A DNA stretch of 64,000 nucleotides from Zancudomyces culisetae HAW-14-8. Taxonomy: Eukaryota > Fungi > Kickxellomycota. Of the stretch, positions 38,645 to 47,767 are shown piece after piece. Positions within the stretch are counted from its first letter, which is position 1. Every line of letters starts with the position of its first letter. Made by a program: the position numbers and the translations under genes. The notes under the pieces were generated by a model. The model worked only from the letters and a program-made list of their open reading frames with translations. It had not been told where the DNA came from and did no database searches. The stretch spans positions 868,001 through 932,000 of the forward strand of contig JBNJNM010000015.1 of NCBI GenBank assembly GCA_052426225.1. Reading direction: 5' to 3'.

Positions 38645-39213
38645 GATTATTTCAAGTAAATAGTCGGTTTGTTGTATTAATTCAGGTCTTGCTAATATAA
38701 TTAGGGAAATAAAGTTTGTTAAACTAAATATTGTGATTGTTGATGGGTTTTTTATATTGAACTGGTTGCCATATTCAGTACTGGTGAAGTTTTATTTCAG
38801 TTGTAGATATATTCTATACTTGTTTTTCCAAGTACTATAAACTGATTATTCGGTATTTATATAATTTTTTTTTTTTGGCAGAAAATAAAAGGTTTCTAAA
38901 AAAACAGTCTAAAATCTAAACTCATCCTATTCCCCTTCGACTCTCTAGAGTCTCCATACCTGATGATGAGCGCTGGTTATGAAATTTAATTGCTCATCCC
39001 CCCGAGATTTTGGCTCTACACTTTAGCTTGTTATCATCATTCAGATATACATTATCAATAATTAATAGGCATTGGTTTGATGGTTAAAGAATATTATATT
39101 ACAAAAATAATTATAATGCAATTTATTAGCAGCAAAAAATACTATTTGTACCAAAGCAAACTAAATAAAATAGCAATAATTAAAACAAATAAAACAGGGG
39201 GCAAGTCGATGAC

Positions 39214-41085
39214 TTAGTTCATTTGGCGGATGAGGTTGTTGATCTTGTCCTCGCGGTCTCCGAATGAACCATTGTCATTGTAGTGTCTGGATTTCTTTCC
39301 AGTCCAGCCACCGTTTGGTGAAGACAACTTGAATGGCCACAAGAAGGTGTTAGCCTGCTTGAAGTTTGGTCCAACTGTAAAGATTTCGTGTACCAAATCT
39401 TCAATACAGATGATTCCGAATTTACCCAAAGCTTGTTGGATGACAGCGTTCTCAGAGATTGGGATTCTTTGACCATGAACCTTTCCGAATCCACGCTTGT
39501 AAATGAGTTCGCGGACGGATTTGAGGTTTGGCTCTCCAAAGGCTACATATGGGTTGACCAATTGCAACATTTGCTTGGTAGCCTTGGTAAGTCTTACAAA
39601 GACACCATTGTTGATCTGCAAGAGACGGAGGAGTTGAAGAATCTTTCTTGGCTTTGGTGGGATGTTGTTGATACCCTTGGTACGGATGACAAAGGCCAAC
39701 TTAGCTTCCTCTGGAATGTAGAAGTTTCCAGCGCGCTTGGCTTGACGCTTGTATGTAACCTCAGCCTTCTCCTTGTCTCTGTACTCCTTGATGTATTGTT
39801 CAGCTCTCTTGAAGATAACTTTTCTGTTGGTTCTGGTGGTCTATTTACAAAGATCAGACAAAAAACATTAGAAAATGTTCAAAATTGCGGTTGACAGAAA
39901 AGGTCGATTAAATGTCAGTAACAATCATCCCCGAAAGATGGTATTTGTATAAAAGCTTTGTTTAATGTGTCTCACTGCACTTTATTTTTCCCAAAATAAA
40001 ATTGCTAACTTCTTTTTTTTAAAAGCTTGGTTATAATCACTTTGTTACAACGAATAGCTAAATTCGCTTTAGCCGACAATAGACATAGTTGTAAAATATA
40101 CCTACTCTCTTCTTAGCTTTGATGGCAGCAATCTTGGATTCGGCCTTCTTTGCGGCATCCTTGCGTTGTTTAATCAAGGTTTCTGGGGCTTGAACTTGTC
40201 TTTATTGTAGTTAAAAGGTTCTTGCGTTAATTATTGTTGTACAACCAGAATTCATTTTTATTTAAAATAAAATGCAATTCTTTCGGCTGATACCAATAGA
40301 TTTAATTAGAAGGGTGCACTTGTTCACTATCCTTAGTTACATTGTCTGAGTGCTTTTGCAAACACACAAACAAAGTATATAGAAAGCAAACTTCGACATC
40401 CTAGCTAACAATTCGCCTGTCATTTTACATCGTCAGTACTTGAAATGAAATAAAACTCCAGATCCAACTGCCGTTGTATTGTAAAATGACAGATATTTCC
40501 TCAGTAAAATTCAGTGCTCTAGCTAACAAGAATTATACCTCGTCCAACTGCTGAATGGTATATTCTTTATTCTTTCAGTGAGACTCACCAAAATAAACCA
40601 AGTACAAGTTGTCATATATTTAAAGGAAACTATTTACTCCAAACCAACTCTCATTTCACAAAAAATAAAAGTTGATTTTCAATAATAATCCTCAACACGC
40701 CCTTACATGCTTAAATAATAACACCACATCCATTCACCTTCACCACTATTCCCCTCGAATGAGATGATGATATAATTATTAAAGCTTAAGGATTACCTGT
40801 ACCCACCAAACGAATGGCCCTAGAAAAAAGACATCACATCACCCATCATCATGACACCCCTGTATCCCAATACTCGTGCTTTTGACAGATATCTGCCCAA
40901 AATTTAACGAAGATGAGAGAGACCCCTTCAAACAATAATATAGAGTCTTCAAAGAGTAGAAAGGCAACACAAAAAACATTGCTCTTCAATCAAATAGATC
41001 TGCCCTTGGCGCCAACACCCAAGTTTCTTCTTTTCATGCTTTGTGCATCTACAAGCCACGGTTTACTATACACTTACCCTGTCAT
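39214..41085 (-). CDS. RPL7: 60S ribosomal protein uL30 (L7); exons 41085-41078, 40199-40106, 39840-39214
   Basis: MTG|[10 protein letters not shown]...KKR|[16 protein letters not shown]...[14 protein letters not shown]...[10 protein letters not shown]; GT-AG junctions maintain frame. Confidence 0.96.
39918..40048 (-). ncRNA. Intronic box C/D snoRNA, snR39B/SNORD2-like (predicted guide for the LSU rRNA position equivalent to yeast Gm805)
   Basis: 7-bp terminal stem GTAACAA/TTGTTAC; box C variant GTGATTA (40040-40034); box D variant ATGA (39928-39925). Guide ACCATCTTTCGGG is complementary to conserved LSU CCCGAAAGAUGGU, and D+5 falls on the G of CCCG. Confidence 0.85.
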
Positions 41086-42605
41086 TTTCAATTATCTTCT
41101 ATGTGCTGGTTCAACTGATGTCTTATTTACAACCGTGGAATTAAAGTTATTCTCAATCTATTACTATATTTATACTTTAAAATTTCTACCAAAAAAAATT
41201 TTCAGATTTAGTTTGCACTTTCACTGAATAAAAAAATTTTTTTTAGCGATTTGTGATGAATTTTACAGGTGATTTTGCGCAAAATTTTTATACGAAATTC
41301 GTTTGATGGTTATTATCCATGCAAGTAATTTAGTAATATTTCATTGGATAATGGGCAAATATCCTTTAGGGTTAGTTTTATTTAATTTTTGACGATTTGA
41401 TTTGTGCAGAAAGTCTAGCTGTTTAATTCTGATTTGCTGGATAATTACCAATCACATCAATTCAGTTCAAACCAAATTCTTATTTCAATAACTCCAAAAC
41501 TATTACACAACCAGTCCCACCAACACATTACCATCACTCTCTAAGTGAGTACCAACTTGCTGAGTTATGGATTGTTACATAGTGCACGTCCTGTACTGAA
41601 TAATATCATCCATCTCCCCCTTTTTCCAAACCTTCGTTCTAAAGTGTACTAGTCTTTGCAAGCGCCATCCACTCCCACCTTTTATTTATTTTCATTTTGA
41701 AACAATGGGTATATAGTTAAATCAGCTCCTAGAATTTCACACACACTTGTGCTCTGCTAGTGCTAGTAAATACTGTAATACATAATATATAATACATAAT
41801 ATGTAATACGTAATATAAATTAAATATTAAAGATATACTTCGTTCTCGCTCCCGCTATTTGTATTTATGAGTTTTATTGCAATTAGTTTGGATTATCCTT
41901 TATACTTTGGATTTTCTTGAGCAATATCAAAAGTTTACAAATATTGCTGTATTTATCATCTCATTTTCATATATTTTCTGTTCATATCTCAGCTAGTCAT
42001 ATCCTCCTCTTTGTGCAAAATAAAGTCCTCGATCACATCCCTCCCCCTCTGGTATAACCAACTTTAGATGGAGAGATGTTTCGAGAAAAATTCTTTATCC
42101 CAGATTTGTTTAGCTGATAGGCTTATAAAGTTCCACAGGATTCCATTTATTTCTCTAGTTTCAGCTTTTTTATTTTATATTTTATATTTTATATTTTTTT
42201 GCAAAATGAAGTGCATTCCTAGGAAAAATCTCTTGCAAAATGATACCTTCGACTTCTTTCCTGGCGAGTCTTTGCAGTAGTGTGGTTTTAGCGTAGTTTG
42301 AATTGCCTAATTACATATTGCATATTCCGTTTTTAGGTATTCTAAAAGAAATTCGATTTTTTATTGTTATTATTGGTGATGGAAAAATTGCACATTTATT
42401 CTTCCATGCATAGTGAGGCAAATTTCCTAAACGTAAATAAATCACTTTGCAATACAACAAAGTAAATAAATTTTTTTGAGAGAATTGTTTTATTTCTGTA
42501 TAAGAGTAAAACTCCCACCACCCTAGACAAGTTCACTAATCAAAAATATTTCGAAATTTCGTTACAAGAAACGGAAATCAAGCAAACTCAGATATACAAG
42601 TAAAG

Positions 42606-43399
42606 ATGGATGAAAGGTAAGCAGTAAAAACAAAAACTAGTACTACACTTCATCTTTGCAGATGACCAATTGCACATTTTTTATATACCTTTTCTTGTAT
42701 ACTTTTTATTCGGATTCCTCAAATGAGAAATAACATAAAGATCTAATATATATTCCAATTCACAGAGTAAATCTACCAGAAGTTCTTTGGGCACAACGAC
42801 CAACTGAATTGTATGTAACTATCAATCTGGCAGATTGCAAAATCGAAACCCTAGATCTTACTGAAAACAAAATCAAGTTTCGAGGAAAATCGCATGATAA
42901 ATTGTATGGATTTGAACTAGAGTTCTGCAAGGCCATAGATGTGGAGAACAGCCAGTACAGCAGCACCAAAAAGGATGAGCAGAGCAGTCGAAACATATTC
43001 ATGGTGCTCGCAAAGAAGGACAAGGAGGATACCGAATACTGGCCTAGACTTTATGCCGGAAAGGGCAGATTGAACTTTGTAAAGACAGATTTCTCACGAT
43101 GGAAAGATGAGGACGAAAGCGAGGATGAGGCACCAAACCCAATGGGAGGACTTGGCGGGGGATTCCCAGGGATGGAGGGAATGGACTTTTCAAAGTTCGG
43201 GGGAGGAGAAGGTGCAGGAGGCTTTGATCCCAGCCAGTTCTCAATGGGTGATATGGGTGACATGGCTGGTATGGCCGATCAAGAAGAATCATCTAGCAGC
43301 CATAGTGACAGCGAGGAGGAAAAGGAGCAAGAGAAGGAACAAGAAGAGCAACAAGGAAAGCAACAAGAAAAGGAGGAAGTGCAAAACGTACAAGAGTAA
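42606..43399 (+). CDS. SBA1: Hsp90 co-chaperone p23 (Sba1/Wos2); exons 42606-42616 and 42766-43399
   Basis: PEVLWAQR, YWPRL, KTDFSRWKDEDE and a GM-rich acidic tail. Confidence 0.93.
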
Positions 43400-43497
43400 A
43401 GCAGACAATGAAAAGAAAAAAACAAGATCGAGGTCATTAGTATTAATCACATAATAGTTTATTTATTCATATTTATAAAAACTATAATAAAATATAC

Positions 43498-44223
43498 TTA
43501 AAACTTCATCAAGTGAGGAGCTTGTCCCTTGGTTAGAGAGAATGAAGCCTTGAGGTATGATTTGAGCATTGGAACAGCGCTGATGGCCTTTACAAGTTGG
43601 GCATCAAGCTCTTTTTGGTCGGCAGCCTTGTGAGCAGGAAGGGTCTTCTTGGCCTCAGCACCCTCACCAAAGAATTTTTGTTCGGCATCCTTGGATTTTT
43701 CTTCTGTTTCGCGGGCAAAGTATTGGTCGTTGAATTTCTCGCTTACTTTAACGCTTGAAACATCAAGCTTGGTTGAGGTGGCAATTACATATGCTTGGTT
43801 GACACGTCTGACTGGAATTCCGTTGACGGCGTATGGTCCGGTAACCAACAAAAGTCCGGATGCCAACTGCTTCAAAAACACAACCTTCTTTCCTCTGAAT
43901 CTACCTGCCAACAAAACCAAAACGGTTCCTGGGGTTATTGACTTGCGGAGCTTGGTTGGTCTTACAGTTTTGCGGGTTTGTTTTGGCTTTGGCTCGGAGT
44001 CTGCTGGGTAGAATTTGCTTCCATTGTGCAAAATTGCTGATTCCAAGTCGGTCTTCTTTGCCTTTTGTGCAGCTGGTTTGCTGGTCTTGGCAGCAACCTT
44101 CTCTTCCCGTCGTGGTCCTGCGACTCTCTTTACCTTGTAGGTACCTCTGTTCTTGAATGCTCTGGAGCGTGAAGCACGGCTCACTCCTGGAACAATTTGT
44201 CTCTTAACATCTGCTCTAGCCAT
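43498..44223 (-). CDS. RPL6: 60S ribosomal protein eL6; probable 5'-UTR intron 44247-44708
   Basis: LRKSITPGTVLVLLAGRFRGKKVVFLKQL, RRVNQAYVIATST and PHLMKF; upstream GTAAGT...TTTGTAG with no ATG in the preceding exon. Confidence 0.97.
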   Translation of the reverse strand: MARADVKRQIVPGVSRASRSRAFKNRGTYKVKRVAGPRREEKVAAKTSKPAAQKAKKTDLESAILHNGSKFYPADSEPKPKQTRKTVRPTKLRKSITPGTVLVLLAGRFRGKKVVFLKQLASGLLLVTGPYAVNGIPVRRVNQAYVIATSTKLDVSSVKVSEKFNDQYFARETEEKSKDAEQKFFGEGAEAKKTLPAHKAADQKELDAQLVKAISAVPMLKSYLKASFSLTKGQAPHLMKF

Positions 44224-45297
44224 CTTTTCTTTCGATTATTATAAATCTACAAAATCAATCAGTTACAGTATTTCTTGTTAGTTTCAGCCATTCACGTTAG
44301 TAAGAAAGCACAATTAAATCTCATTCTGAGGCACTAAACCCACTGCAATTACTAAACCATGTCGCTTTTTCAACACACAATAAGTTTACACCTTTCCAAA
44401 CAACCCAAAGCAGTACTAAACAAATCCATTGAATAAAATAAATTGGATTTCCCCTGTTTGTAAAGATTCGATTTCATAAAGCATAATTTTTTCTTTATCA
44501 AGTGCTATTAATTTCGAATCCGTTTTACTACCCTGCATTTTAAATCAATAAATCCACATCTATTCTACACATTACTTGTTCCGATAGCCTGCTGATGCCG
44601 ATATATTGACAAAGTACGGCTTAAAATAAGACCTGACCTCCCACAGTCCGCATTTTCAAATATATATACTCGCTCATAACAACTTATAAAGTGACAGCTT
44701 TTACTTACCACTATTCCCGTATATGTGAAAAAAAGAGTCGGAATATTTTTACCAGAGATAAAGAACTGAAGAAAAGATCAAAACCCAAGTAAAGAAAAAT
44801 ACAAAAATATCTATCTTTTTTTTTTGTTATTGCAGAAAAAAAAATCGCTTAAAACTATTTGCCTAATGGAATCTATGAATCTTGAAAAATTTTATTAGTG
44901 TCTTTTTTGGTTTTTTTTCAAAATAACCAATTTTCTTCATTTCTCCAAGTTTCTGGCCAATAAAACACTAGAATGAAATTGAATATATACTTTTGCCCAG
45001 AATTGTTTTGATAGTGCCGTTTTCTCCCCCAAATAACACTCTAACCTCTTGGGCAAAACTTTCTTGCCCAGCCTACTTTTATGTTTTCTTTCTGGTCCAT
45101 ATCAAAAAGTCAAAAAAGAAATATAGTGATGTTCAAAATTTTTTTTTATACTTGTCAAAGAACAAAATAAATCTGATCTCACATACAAAATCGAGCCGTG
45201 CATTCTTGCCTTTACGGATTTGAAGCGAAGACTCCTATTTTCGATTGTATAGATAAAACTTGTCACAGTACACACAAAATACTATAGATAGCTGAAA

Positions 45298-45648
45298 ATG
45301 AACAAAACTGCAAAGACATTGATCGAAAACGTCGTAAGCACCGGCAAATTCCTGGTACACTGGGGTTATATTCCTCTGATCATCTACATTGGTATGTCAC
45401 TCGCCTTTTCGCTTTTACTAATTTATGCTTTTATGCTTTTATCATTATTCGCCATTGCATCTAAACAATAATTAATTTGAAAATCTTTAGGATACAAGAC
45501 AGCGAATCCAAAACCACAATTGATAAGGTAAACCATAATATCCATATCAACTATTGTACAATAAGAGATATTTTAGAATGAAATCATATTTCCTTTTCAA
45601 CTAATCCTGACTTTGAAAAATAATAGAATGATAAGTCCTATGGCCTAA
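45298..45648 (+). CDS. TOM7: Mitochondrial import receptor subunit Tom7; exons 45298-45391, 45491-45527, 45627-45648
   Basis: MNKTAKTLIENVVSTGKFLVHWGYIPLIIYIG|YKTANPKPQLIR|MISPMA*; HWGYIP TM signature. Too short and split for the ORF track. Confidence 0.92.
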
Positions 45649-46112
45649 ATCATGAAGTTACAAGTTCAGTAACTATCCTCTTCTGGAAGTTGAATGAATG
45701 AATCAAGGGACGAACAATATCTGAAAACTACGGATCAGGAAATTAATAAACAAAAAATAATAAAATCCCCTTTCCTATTATATAGTTTTACCTGTGGAGA
45801 AATGTTTTTGCGAAATGTGTACAACATAAATTTTAAACCATAAATACACTATGTTTACTCGCTACAATCACTTTTCTGACTATTAATATGTTTTATTAAG
45901 CCATGAATCCTGTCCATTCCTCTACACATACAGTCAAAATAAGGGGAAGGATCCTGCAGTGCTAATTGAAATACAACTGTCTTCAAAATATAAAACTACT
46001 ACATTTTATTGTTTGTATCGCATAAATCTGCTCTAAGAAGCATCTAATATCGATTCTAAGACCGCCTGCTTAGCGTTTGCATCAAATACAGTGAGGAAAA
46101 AAAGTATTTCCC

Positions 46113-47767
46113 TCAACTTTGTGTAGAGTTTAGGTAACGAGAAGCAGTATTCTCTAACTGAATCTCAAAATCACTGTAATAACTTATATCGGAGTCTCCA
46201 CTAGCAATGCTTATGCACTGTTCTCTCTGGTCCTGCTGCTGCTGCTGCTGCAGTTTGATCACTGGAACACCATCGGGGCTTTCTGTCGAGTCCAAGCGTT
46301 TGGAAACTGGAGTGGCTTTGTTTTTGCGTGATCTTTGTTTTGCGTAGACTTTTGGTTGTGTGTGATGGATGGTTTTACCAACTTTGGCGATTTCAGACTC
46401 AATATTACAAGCTATACATGTGTTCTGACTATCGTGTTCTTGTTTAGCACCTGGAAGTTCGTTTTTGATTTCTATTTTTGTTGCTTTTTTTGGCGTTCTT
46501 TTTGTATACTTCCTCTTTTTAGTGACTGAGGGTCTATCAACTGTTTTTGAAAAACCAAACAACTCGGCAATTGGTGCATCATCAGGTATATAAAAGTATG
46601 GTGGCTGTTGTCCCTGCCTCTTTAGCATTTGATTGGTGAGCTTGCTAATACCATTCGTTTCTTCTGTTTTTAGCCCCATGTTGATATTTGGCTGAGTAAC
46701 CCCATGGTTGTGACTTGCACTAGGATTATAGTTAAACAGGCTTTCTTGAAACACTGGATTCTCGAAATTTGCAGGAAAACCCAGGCTGGGATGCTGAAGC
46801 TGTTCGGCCTGGTTGTGGATGCCTTTTTCTCTTTTTATACTAATATCAATCACGTTGTTATTTTGGTCCATCGGACCTTTCAAGTGCCTTTTCCTCATAA
46901 ACTCGTCAAGTTTATTATGTATTCTAATCAGATCGTCTCTAATATAGCTTATAAAAAAGTTGCTCAACCAACTCCTGAGTTGGTCATTCAACATCTCTAC
47001 ATTCCTATGACTATCTATTAGCACCATACTGACCTTGTCATTGGTTTCAAATAACTGTTGGCTTAGTCCGTTTATTTTTTCTGTGATGTATTTCCCAACC
47101 AAGTTATCCTCACTAAGTTTATTCGTGCCACTGCCGCTACTTTTGGTGTTGTAATTCTTTTCCAACTTCTCTAACTTTTCCACCAATAGCTCCATTATTG
47201 GTCTGCTTTCATCTCTCAGCGCCTTTACCACTACACTGTTTTGATGTATTGATGCAGCCATATCATTGATGGTAGAAACTTGAGCTTGGCTCATCTGTTG
47301 TCTTTGTGTTTCTATATCCTTAACACTGTTACTGAGCTCTTGTATCAGCTGTTCAAGACGTGTACAGTTTTTGCATCCATATGCCTTGATCCCTCTAAGG
47401 GGATCTGTAACAAATTTTTTTTTGTATATATCCACACATTCCAAAGCACCTTGATACAAGCTATTCAGCAATTGTGATTTCTATAGCGTATTAATCCAGC
47501 GTTGATTGCTTGTAGCACTTAAAGTACACTTCGTCTATGATCCGTTTGATGTATATGAATCCTCTACACTATACAAACTGTTCTTACTCTTTTCTCTTCC
47601 ATGCTAAGTCGCTTCCATATGTCCCTACTACCGTTTAAACTGGTAGGTTAGTACCGAAATACTAAATATATTTTATCTTTGTTTTTATCTTCACATTTTT
47701 ACAACCTTCCCAATACACCAAAAACAATTTCGATCTCATTTTTTTCATTTTCGTGAATACCCAGCAT
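46113..47767 (-). CDS. Hypothetical protein: coiled-coil region, disordered basic C-terminus with NLS-like KKRKY; 5' exons uncertain
   Basis: 452-codon terminal exon with TAG acceptor at 47481; plausible upstream exons (RDIWKRLSMEEKR|GTAAG; ATG 47767). Confidence 0.6.

Noticed and set aside
38960-38995. CTGATGA...GAAA hammerhead-like core
   Set aside because: Stem II is out of register and no stem I/III or cleavage triplet can be formed.
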